Shown in pieces: positions 41,720 to 50,907 of a stretch of 64,000 nt of DNA (within the stretch, counting starts at the first letter, position 1; each line of letters starts with the position of its first letter). The position numbers were made by a program, and so were the translations under genes. Location of the stretch: IMG/VR virus record IMGVR_UViG_3300037071_003688; one strand, 5' to 3'. This stretch comes from a virus. The notes under the pieces are model-generated. The model saw nothing but the letters and a program-made list of their open reading frames with translations, ran no database searches and was not told the DNA's origin.

Positions 41720-44700
41720 ATGGAAACCACCACGTACGAAACCTGGACGAAGGAAGGTCGTAGCTTCGTCCTCGTCCCTGTCGACATGGCTGCGCGAGAG
41801 GCCGCGTTTCTCGCTGAACTGAGCGACGAAGACGCCGCCATGTGGGAGCCGTGGTACCCGGACTTCCCGGGTGAGCGTGCCCCTGTCGCCTACGAACTCC
41901 ACGACGAGGCCGGTGAGGTCGCCTGGGAGCGCACCATCCGCCCGCTCGATCCGTGGTCGGCGTACGACGCAGTGTCGGACGTCCTGCTCCGCGAGGGCTT
42001 CACCCCGCCGCCCGGCCCCGACCGCGGCTTCTGCGAACACGGCATGTCAGCCGATCTGTGCGAAGGCCCGAACCACTACGGCTACGACGACGAGGATCGG
42101 TTCTAGATGACCGGCGATCTCATCACACTCCCCGTCGCCCCGGCGTACGAGGCGATCATGAACGCCCTCACCGAGGAGGAACTGTTCGCGCTGGTCGAAG
42201 CACTCTCGCTCGTCTCAACCGCGTCGGCTGAGAACGATCGGATGCGCACCGCCATCATCCGCGAACTCTCGATCCGAGAGGCATACATCCGCGGCGCCAA
42301 GCGCCGCCATCCGAGCGGAGGCTCCACCTGATGCAAGAGAAGATCGCCAAGATCACCGGCACGTTCCTCGGGTGGGAGGACCACGGGATCCTGACCGCCA
42401 TGCTCGACCTCGACTACGGCGGCGGAGGCTGCCAGTCGACGCCCGGTCATTTCCTCGACCGCTCAACGGGCCACGACGGCGACTACCTGTTCAGCCGTGA
42501 GGGCACCGCCTACGGGATGACGTTCGTCGCCCGACTGATCAAGGCGTGCGGCGTGCGACGGTGGGAGGACATCAAGGGCCGCACCATCATCGCTCTCATC
42601 GAGGATGACCGTGTCGTCGGGATCAAGCCGCTCCCAACCGAACGCGGCGAGCCGTTCATGTTCGCCGACCTGCGCGCCAGGTTCGAGGCGGAGGCCCGAT
42701 GACCCACGGCATCTGGGGCATGGCGTGCTTCAACGGCCTGTCGGCCGATCAGCAACGATTCGTGGTCGAGGAGGGCTACCTGCCGTTCGGCTACAAGCCC
42801 GAAGGCACCTGCAAGCGCGGCGCCGAGATCGGCATCGAAACCTGGGACGACACCAAGCCCGGCCCCCGCTTCTACTGCCGACCATGCGCGATCGCGTTCC
42901 TCGAAGCCGGACGCTGCGACTGCCACGTCGGCTCAGGCGAAGGCGCCTGGCGCGAGACCCACGACTACGACTGCGCGACGCTGCGCACACTGAGGAGCTT
43001 CGCATGATCACACTCACCACCTCGAAGCCGACATACCGATCGAAGGTCGTCGCCGAAGTCGACTTCCCCGTGCTCGCCTACCTTGAGCACGAGACCGCCG
43101 ACCGACGCCGCTTGCGCCGCCACAAGGGCGACATAGCGGTGCGGCTCCCGGCCCCGATCATGACCGACTACGGCCGAGGCCCGAAGCGTCCCGGTGTCTC
43201 CGAGATCGGCAAGTACCGGATGATCGGCGCGCTGCTCACCGTCACCATCGGCGAGGACTCGATGACCGGCACCGGCGTCCTCTACAAGACGCTCCCCGAG
43301 GTCGTCCACTTCTGGCCCGCCATCGACCTCGACCGGACCACGGTCAAGGGCTACAAGAACGGCCGCTCCGACATCCTCGACTGGACGCTCGTCGCGGTCA
43401 CGCTGCACGACTACCCCCCGGCCTGGCCCGACATCCCACGCGCCCGCATCACCCGGCAAATGAGTTGACAGACCGGCGACGGGCGGTGTAAAGTTAAGAC
43501 GTGAGGGGGAGGACCCCTCGGAAAGGAAACCACCATGACAGATGCCGAAATGGCCGAGATGGATGCCTTCGTGGCCGATCTCGGATACCGCAACGAGGTG
43601 CGAGCAGCGATGCTCGCCCACATCGGCCGGATCAACATCCTGTCGATCTCCGGTGGCCGCATCGAGTGGCTCGATGACTTCACCGTCAAGCTGCCGATCA
43701 GTAACGGCTACGCAGTCGAGGTCGAGTACGACCGAGGCTGGGACCTGTACACCGTGCGCCGGACCTTCACCCGCCGCCCGAAGTGGACGGTCGACAACCC
43801 GAACCCGGAGCCGGTCCGCAAGGTCAAGGGCGAAGTCACGATGGTGTACGCCGAGGATCTCGGCGAGACCGCCTGGCGGGCACACGCCTTCCGCAGCTAC
43901 GAGTTCGGCGAGTGATCGTGGGCCAGTTCTTCGTTGCCGTCATCGAGGATTACACCGAGGAACTGGTCGACCGCCACGGGCCGTTCAAGACCCGGTACGA
44001 GGCCGAACGCCGCGCTGACGCACTCCTCGAACACTACGTCGAGAAGCTGACACGCTCCGTCGCTGTCGAGGTCCAGGATGAGACCGGGAACCCGGTCGAG
44101 AGCGAATGGCCACCGCAGTAGTGGCGCGCGTCCGCAACTTCGGCTGGTGGTGCCACCAGGAAGTCTCCGCCGTCATCGACGCTTGGACCGTCAAAGGCCC
44201 GAAGCCGAAGATCCACGACGACGCTGTCGCCCGGCTCCGCAAGGACTGGCCGCGGCTCGCCGACACACTCGACGCGCTCGACGCCGCCGAGGCGAGGGGC
44301 TGCCCGCAATGCCCGGCCGAGTTCCCGCAATGCCCGGCCGAGTTCCTCGAATGCCACCTGCCGTTCGGACACGACGGGCCGCACCGTCACGAATACGACG
44401 ACCGCGGCACGCTCGAATGGGAGCGCCAGCGGTGAACGACTGGCCCGACGAACTCGAAGCCGCGGCCACCGCGCATTGCGCAGTGATCCGTGAACGGCTG
44501 ATCGCCGTGCATCGCTCGATGGACGATTGGGCGGTCGACTTCCTCGCCGCTCTCGACGCCCACACCCTTGGAAAGAGTGTTGACAAACCGTAGACAATCT
44601 GCGCATACTGTAGATGGACATGGAAACCACCACCGCGACCCTCGGATTCGTACTGGATGCCTTCGCCAGCCGTCACCTGCGTGACTGGTTCTGGCTCGGG

Positions 44701-47655
44701 ATGTGCCCCAACGACTGGGATTACGAGGATCTCGAAGCCTTCGAGGCGTGGGTCGCCGAGAACGCCGACGATCTCTACGACGACATGGGCTGGACCGCTC
44801 TGGTCCGGCTCTACGAGGCGACACGATGAGCTACTACCGGGAGACCCGCAACCGGATGACCGGCACGACCATCGTCACCGGCCGCGGCGACGACTACCGG
44901 ATCGACCTGTCGGTCGACGGCGACGGCCCCTGGTTCAACATCTGCGCCGACCACGGCGCCATCATCTCGCACACGACGCTCGCCCTCGCCCGCTACTTCG
45001 CTCCCGCACCCGACAACTGGTGCGACGACTGCCGCGACCTACTGGAAGGAAAGCCATGACCGCCCCTCTCGACACCTGGTGCTTCACCGCACTCACGCCG
45101 CTCTGCGACAACTGCGGCGAACGCCACCTCGACGCCCGCGTCGATCTCAACGACCCGGACGATTGCGACCCGGGCTGCGATTGGGACATGCTCGCCGGGA
45201 CCGCCCCGATGCGCTGCCCCTCCTGCTCGAACCTCAACCCGCACTGCGGCGACGAGTTCCACGAGCCACGCCATCCGGCCGACAACCCCCGCTTTCTCAC
45301 GTCCGACCGGATCGGATTCTCCGTTCCCGCCTGAAAGGAAACCACCATGCCCGCCTACCGGATCTCCACCAACACGGTCCGCCCGCTCGAAGACGCCCCC
45401 CGGGGCAGCTACGAATGGCTCCCGTTCGAGGACGACAAGAACGTCCTGACCGTCACCATCACCTCGGCCGCTGACCTGCGCGCGAAGATCGCCGCCGCCG
45501 TCCTCGTCCACTTCGACCTGTTCCCCGACGCCACCGCCTGCAAGCCGTTCGCCGACAAGCTGCGCGGCGAGCGTCACGTGTCGGGCGGCAAGGCTGCCTG
45601 CAACGCCTCGATGGTCCTGCGGGAGACTGTCTCTGCATGATCCCCGATGACGTGCTGGCGTGCGAGTCGATCGTCCAGAGCCTCCGGAACGGCGACCTGC
45701 GCGCGGCACGTCGCGGGATGTTGGTGACCTCCCGCTTCGGGACACGCTCCCGGGTCGAGGTCGCCCACCTCGCGCTCGAAGTCGCCGCCGCCATGATCCG
45801 ATCCGGCAGCGACCCGTACATCAGCCTGAGAACGGTCCAGGCCGCGCTCAAGCCCGAGGAACCGGACCCGGCATGATCGACCATCCCGACTCGACCGGCG
45901 TCGCCGTCCGGGACCAACTCCTGTTCGACGTGTTCTGCGCCGCTGTGCCGGAAGGGATCAGCCTGTGGGCGCACGGCTACCGCCGCGCCGTCGACAAGTA
46001 CCACTTCGGCGCCCACATCGTGGACCTCGACCTGCGTCACCATCGCATCACCCGCACCACGATGGTCCACGGCATGAACGCCGCCGCCTACACGTGGCGC
46101 ACCAAGATCCCGTGGTCGACCGAGTACCCGCCGACCCTGTTCCAGAGCGAAGCAGGCTGGGAGTTCGACGCCGCCGACGCCGACCTCGTCGTCCAACTCG
46201 GCCTGTTCCACGACCTGCCCTACTCGACCGATAACCTGCTCCGCCGCGGCGTCATCCGACGTGGCAAGATACTTGACAGACTCCCGACAGGATGAGATAA
46301 TCAAGGTATGGAGACCACCACTCTCACGTGTAAGTGCTTCGTAGAACGCAACGGCTACTGGACCGGTCGTCGCTGCAAGTTCAAGGCGAAGTTCATCGTC
46401 ACCACCAGCGACGGCCCCAAGCCGATGTGCGGCATCCACAAGAACCGGATGGTCCGCCGCGGCTGGCACAACAGCGTCGTCGTCGTCCCGCTCGATGAGG
46501 CCAAGCCATGACCGTCGAGTGGATGGCAACCAATCCCCGCGAGGCGTTCGACACGCGTCTCGCCATGCGACGCAACGTCGACCACCTCGTCCGTCAACGG
46601 GTGCGCGGCTACAAGGGCCGCATCGCCTGCAAGATCGACGGCCGCTGGGGCGCGATCGAAGACGCCTGCATCGGCCACGTCCACAACAAGCGCAGCGCCG
46701 CCCACGCCTGCGCCGCCCGCGAAGCCCGGGCACGCAACCGGATGGTCGGCTGATGGCCGGGAACGGGACGGGCTACCCCAACCACTTCGAGTGCTCGAAG
46801 GCCCGGCTGATCTACTACGGCGACCGGTCGAGCACCGGCGAACCAGTCGCTCGCACTAGCCGTGAACGCGCCGCCCACGTGATCACGTTGACCGGCCGCA
46901 CCAAGCCGACACCACGCAACGGCAAGGGCCATCCGCGCAAGTCGTGGACGACGCGCGAGTACCGGTGCTCGTGCGGTCACGTCGGCTGGTCGACGCACAT
47001 CGACCTCGAACGGCTCGAAGCGGCCCGTGAACGCTGACCGCCTGATCGTGCTGGCCGAGACGCTCGAACGCGACGCCGAACTGCTCGACCATGACCCCGC
47101 CGCGCTTTACATCGTGCCGACCGAGCATTTGCCCGTGGAGATCATCCGTCTGACTCGCAGCCGCTTCAAGGCGCGACTCGGGATCCACGCCTCGATCCGT
47201 ATGCGCGAGGTCGCCGCCGAGCTACGCGCGATGGCAGCCGTGACGGATCGGTAGGTGAGTGGGTGAGTTCAGATGTGAAACTCGAACGCCTCATCCCACT
47301 CGTCGTCCCGTTGAAAGGCGACGGCGAACAGACCTGCATCATCTGCGGCCATCTGCTGCGCCAGTCGCGCCTGATCCACATCATCGACGGCGGCGCCGCG
47401 GTCGCCCATCCCGACTACCGAGGCATACCATCGCCTGCGATGACCTGCTGCGTGTGCGGAGGCCCACACCATCCCGACGACTGCGCGCGCGCCCAGGAGT
47501 ACGTCCGCCAGTGCCTCGAAGCCCGGACCAGCCCCCCGCCGCCGAGGCCGGTGCCGTGGTGGAATCCCGACACCGGGATCTTCGAGGTCGAGATCACCAC
47601 GGCGACCCGGTGGGACAGTTGGCGGTTCGGTCGACGCGTGCAACAGCACGGCTAG
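41720..47655 (+). other. early-type accessory region with about 20 small hypothetical genes and class I promoters at 43465, 44580 and 46273
   Basis: TTGACA-18-TAAAGT, TTGACA-18-CATACT, TTGACA-17-GATAAT; genes start METTT or follow GAAAGGAAACCACC. Confidence 0.6.
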
Positions 47656-47660
47656 CGGAA

Positions 47661-47682
47661 TGTCGCCGCTGTCGCGTATGCT
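47661..47682 (+). promoter_or_regulatory. class II promoter (TGTCGCC-N9-TANNNT)
   Basis: Same spacing at 6002, 7327, 18705, 21463, 25837, 29538, 35886 and 37109. Confidence 0.65.
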
Positions 47683-47689
47683 GACGGTT

Positions 47690-47793
47690 GGATCCCGGTC
47701 GGCCCCCAACGCTGGTTGTGATCCTTCGGGTGAGGGTTGTCAGGCGTGTTTCCGTGGTGGTTTCCCGCCGACGACCCTCACCCGCTTCGCGTT
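47690..47793 (+). ncRNA. candidate trans-acting antisense sRNA
   Basis: Follows a class II promoter. Hairpin GGATC...GATCC, then a 19-bp stem (47727-47746/47766-47784, one bulge) whose loop contains GTGGTGGTTTCC, then a CTTCGCGTT tail. Confidence 0.65.
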
Positions 47794-47909
47794 CAGCCCG
47801 CCGCCTTGCGTGGCGCACTTCACATGGTGCTAACATCCCGCCACTCACGCGGCAACGGCCCGGACCTCGCCCCGCCGCACAAACCGCCCGGACGGAAGGG
47901 TCAAAACGG

Positions 47910-48602
47910 ATGCAAGCAGCGGTCCTCGAACGTGTCCTCGACTGGCGACCATTCCACGACGAACGGTCACTCGATCATCCAGTCCGGGACCGGCTCCCGG
48001 ACCACTGTCGCCGCCGCCTGCGAATGTGGCAGGCCGGACGCCAACTCGACCAAGGGTTCCACAGTGGCAGCGTCGGCTACGGCTGGACGACAGAGTTGCA
48101 AGCGGAACCATCGACGTTCAACAGCACCCTCCCCGCCGAGCACTTCGCGACGCACCTGTACCGCCAGGCGCAACAGGTCGATGACTTCCCCGGCGAGTCG
48201 TACCTCGGCACGAGCGTGCTCGCCGCCGCCAAGGCGCTGCACTCGGGCGGGTACATCGCGTCGTACTCGTGGGCGTTCACCATTGACGACGTGATCGACG
48301 CCGTGGTCGAGATCGGCCCGGTCGTGATCGGCATCCCGTGGTTCGAGTCGATGTCGACCACCTCCACATCGGGCATGGTCGAGGTCAACGGCCGCATCGT
48401 CGGCGGGCACTGCGTCACCATCACCGGCTACGACCCGCAGCTACAACTCCCCGACCGGATAATGCCCGACGAGGCGCTCCGCTGGCGGAACTCGTGGGGC
48501 GACAGCTACGGCGACCAAGGCGACGGCTACATCCGCGCCGAAGACCTCGAACACCTCCTGTGGGGCCGCTACGGCAGCGAGGCGTGCGTACCGATCGGTT
48601 GA
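47910..48602 (+). CDS. papain-like (peptidase C1) protein with Ser at the catalytic Cys position
   Basis: LDQG...SVGYGW, GTSV, GPVVIGIPW, GGHCVTITGYD, RNSWGDSYGDQGDGYI. Confidence 0.8.
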   Translation: MQAAVLERVLDWRPFHDERSLDHPVRDRLPDHCRRRLRMWQAGRQLDQGFHSGSVGYGWTTELQAEPSTFNSTLPAEHFATHLYRQAQQVDDFPGESYLGTSVLAAAKALHSGGYIASYSWAFTIDDVIDAVVEIGPVVIGIPWFESMSTTSTSGMVEVNGRIVGGHCVTITGYDPQLQLPDRIMPDEALRWRNSWGDSYGDQGDGYIRAEDLEHLLWGRYGSEACVPIG

Positions 48603-48830
48603 CTTGCTAACACTGGTCTAGGCGACTAGGGTTACTGGTATGGAAACCACCACGATCACCAGAACGCATCACCTGGCGTTCCGCCTGTCCCTCGCTCTCC
48701 CCGTCTGCGGGTCGAATGACGGGGGCGGACTCCTCCTCGACCCCGACCGGGTGACCTGTGAAGACTGCCGCCGGATCTGCGGCCTCGGCCCGAAGCCGCT
48801 GAGTTGGGACGAGGCGTACGACCTGGTTCG

Positions 48831-49406
48831 ATGAGACTCGTGAAGTCCACTGAGGACGACGGCCAACGCGCCGAACTCGGCGTCGTGTACCGACTCGAAC
48901 ACCCCGCCATGCCGTTCGCGGTGTGGAACGGCGAGAAGTTCGTCGGCCCCCGCGAACGCTTCCACCTCCGCCTGCTCGAACTCGCCGACCGCGCAGCGGG
49001 CGGATGGATCGAACGCGTCGCCGGTCCAATCACCGGCGTGCTGCTCGTACCCGAGATCGAAAGCGCCTACTGCACGACCTGCGACTGGGACGTGACACCG
49101 GGCTGCAAGCCCCGCTCGCACCGGATCACCGACGAGATGGCTCCCAACCGCGAACTGCTCGCAGCGATCGACTCAGTGACCGCTCCGTGGCTCGAAGCCG
49201 AAGCCGAAGCGCGCGCCGCGGCCGAGGTCGCCGAGATCCTCGTGCGCGCGTTCAGGTGGGAGGCCAACGAGGGCTACCCGTACGTGCCGTCCGCGATCGA
49301 GACGGTGGCACTCTGCCGCCGACTCAACCAACTCGACGCCGACGACTCGGAACGGGCGACCATCGAGGCACGGTTCCCGGATCTGGTCTGCAAACTACAG
49401 GCGTGA
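48831..49406 (+). CDS. hypothetical protein
   Basis: ATGA-coupled to the METTT gene 48640-48834. Confidence 0.5.
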   Translation: MRLVKSTEDDGQRAELGVVYRLEHPAMPFAVWNGEKFVGPRERFHLRLLELADRAAGGWIERVAGPITGVLLVPEIESAYCTTCDWDVTPGCKPRSHRITDEMAPNRELLAAIDSVTAPWLEAEAEARAAAEVAEILVRAFRWEANEGYPYVPSAIETVALCRRLNQLDADDSERATIEARFPDLVCKLQA

Positions 49407-49487
49407 AACTAAGTTGACGAACTCTGGACAGGGGCGGTATACTCCCGATGTGATTACGATGATTGCATTCGGGTATCGGAGATCGGC

Positions 49488-49862
49488 ATGACCGACGTGA
49501 CGACGTGGCAGGAGGTCGAGCCGCGACTCAAGAGGCTGACGTACCGTCAGATCGACTACTGGATCCGCACGAACGCCATCGACCTCGAAGGCCCGGCGCA
49601 AGGCTCCGGGTCGAAGCGCACGTTCTCCGACGAGGACGTGTGGCGCTTGGAGATCATCGAGCGGCTGGTCGACCTGCCATCGCTGCCATCGGGCATCCCG
49701 GGCGAACTGATCCGACTGATCTGGAACTACCTCGAAGGACGCCACCGTTCGCGTGCCACCGACACGCACATCTTCATCACCGGCAACCCGCGCGAGGGCT
49801 GGAAGGTGAGCACCAAGTTCGACCCGGCGCTCGACTCGGCCGTCGTGCTGCGCATCCGGTGA
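49488..49862 (+). CDS. MerR-family HTH regulator
   Basis: LTYRQIDYWIRT...AQGSGSKRTFSDEDVWRLEII; class I promoter TTGACG-18-TATACT at 49414. Confidence 0.8.
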   Translation: MTDVTTWQEVEPRLKRLTYRQIDYWIRTNAIDLEGPAQGSGSKRTFSDEDVWRLEIIERLVDLPSLPSGIPGELIRLIWNYLEGRHRSRATDTHIFITGNPREGWKVSTKFDPALDSAVVLRIR

Positions 49863-50034
49863 CCTCGCATCTCGTCATCCGCGCGGTCGAGATGCGAAGC
49901 GGCGACGCCCAGCTATGGCTCGACACCGACCATCAGCGCATCGTGGACGTGTTCTTCGACCGCAGCCAACACCACAAACCGGACCCTGGCTTCGGGCATC
50001 TGTTCGTGGTGATCGAGATCCTCGCGAAACCTAC

Positions 50035-50064
50035 TTGACTCCCGATCGGTCCAAGGTTTACGGT
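50035..50064 (+). promoter_or_regulatory. promoter for the RNA array/Ro60 operon
   Basis: TTGACT-18-TACGGT, followed by a 5' hairpin at 50073-50119. Confidence 0.55.
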
Positions 50065-50140
50065 GTCCCCTCGTCCGGTCAGGCAGGTGACCTCCGCGGG
50101 GATCTGAGTCTGGCCGGACAACTTGACAACTTAAGATCTC

Positions 50141-50221
50141 GTGTGCCCGGTGCGTAGGTGACGGTTACTTCTCCCTTTACATGGAAACCAAGCTCCGTTG
50201 CCGTCTGGTTCTCGGGCACAC
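50141..50221 (+). ncRNA. Y-RNA-like unit 1
   Basis: Closing stem GTGTGCCCG/CGGGCACAC; GGTGCGTAGGTGACGGTTACTTC...CCGTTGCCGTCTGGTTCTC scaffold. Confidence 0.7.
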
Positions 50222-50232
50222 TGCACCATCGT

Positions 50233-50387
50233 TTCCGGCTGGTGCGCAGATGAGGGTTCCTTCGCATATGGAGCGGGTAGTCACAGGTTCGAGTCCTGTT
50301 CACGCCACCAGGCCCGCAAGGGTCGGTGTGATAGCTCAGTTGGCAGAGCGCCAAACAGTCCCCTTGTTGATCGGTTCTCAGCCGGAA
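50233..50387 (+). ncRNA. Y-RNA-like unit 2 (YrlA-like, circularly permuted tRNA domain)
   Basis: Stem TTCCGGCTG/CAGCCGGAA. T-arm ACAGG-TTCGAGT-CCTGT, TCACGCC-ACCA, GCAA linker hairpin, GGTGTGA, D-arm TAGCTCAGTTGGCAGAGC. Confidence 0.85.
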
Positions 50388-50394
50388 CACACCC

Positions 50395-50512
50395 TTTCCG
50401 GGTGGTGCGCTGATGATGGCTACTTCGCAAGTTCGATTCTTGTCATCCCCACCACATGGGGATGTGGGCATGGCGCCCGCACTGCCTTCGCCGCCTGGTT
50501 CTCACCCGGAAA
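50395..50512 (+). ncRNA. Y-RNA-like unit 3 (permuted tRNA domain)
   Basis: Stem TTTCCGGGTG/CACCCGGAAA. T-arm GCAAG-TTCGATT-CTTGT, CATCCCC-ACCA-CAT-GGGGATG acceptor hairpin, short D-like arm. Confidence 0.8.
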
Positions 50513-50519
50513 CGATCTC

Positions 50520-50619
50520 TCTGGTCGGTGCGCAGATGGGAGTTACTTCAACGGATGAAACGGCTTCGGCCGTCGTGGCTCGAAACCACAAGCCTCCCGC
50601 CGCCAGGTTCTCGACCAGA
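50520..50619 (+). ncRNA. Y-RNA-like unit 4
   Basis: Stem TCTGGTCG/CGACCAGA; scaffold motifs; cargo ACGGC-TTCG-GCCGT and GTGG-CTCGAAA-CCAC. Confidence 0.75.
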
Positions 50620-50628
50620 AAACTCGAC

Positions 50629-50749
50629 CCTGCCCGGTGCGCAGATGACGGATACTTCCTTCACACATGCAGAAGGTCCCCGGAGCGGCGGTAACCAATC
50701 CGTGCCAGCTTGGGAACCAGTCCCCGTTGTCGCTCGGTTCTCGGGCAGG
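50629..50749 (+). ncRNA. Y-RNA-like unit 5
   Basis: Stem CCTGCCCG/CGGGCAGG; GGTGCGCAGATGACGGATACTTC...CCGTTGTCGCTCGGTTCTC. Confidence 0.75.
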
Positions 50750-50760
50750 ACTTCCGCATC

Positions 50761-50853
50761 TGCGGTGCGATGACAGAGGTTCCTTCTCACCAGGGCGCAA
50801 GCCCACGAATGCCGGAACGAGAGACCGGCGCCCTCCGTCGCCTGGTTCTCGCA
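50761..50853 (+). ncRNA. Y-RNA-like unit 6
   Basis: Short stem TGCG/CGCA; GGTGCGATGACAGAGGTTCCTTC...CCTCCGTCGCCTGGTTCTC. Confidence 0.65.
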
Positions 50854-50907
50854 ACCAACCAATGACCCCAACGACCCAATGACCCAACCCTGAAAGGGGC
50901 AACGACC

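Noticed and set aside
50283-50350. Bona fide tRNA gene
   Set aside because: The arms are in permuted order (T-arm and CCA before the D-arm) and no anticodon arm connects D to T. Treated as a YrlA-like mimic.
50550-50592. Hammerhead ribozyme in unit 4 (CGGATGA...stem...GAAA)
   Set aside because: Core reads CGGATGA rather than CTGATGA, and GAAA does not directly follow the stem.
50141-50853. CRISPR array interpretation of the repeated motifs
   Set aside because: Repeats are bipartite and degenerate and pair with each other around structured inserts of variable length. No cas genes are present and the adjacent gene is Ro60.
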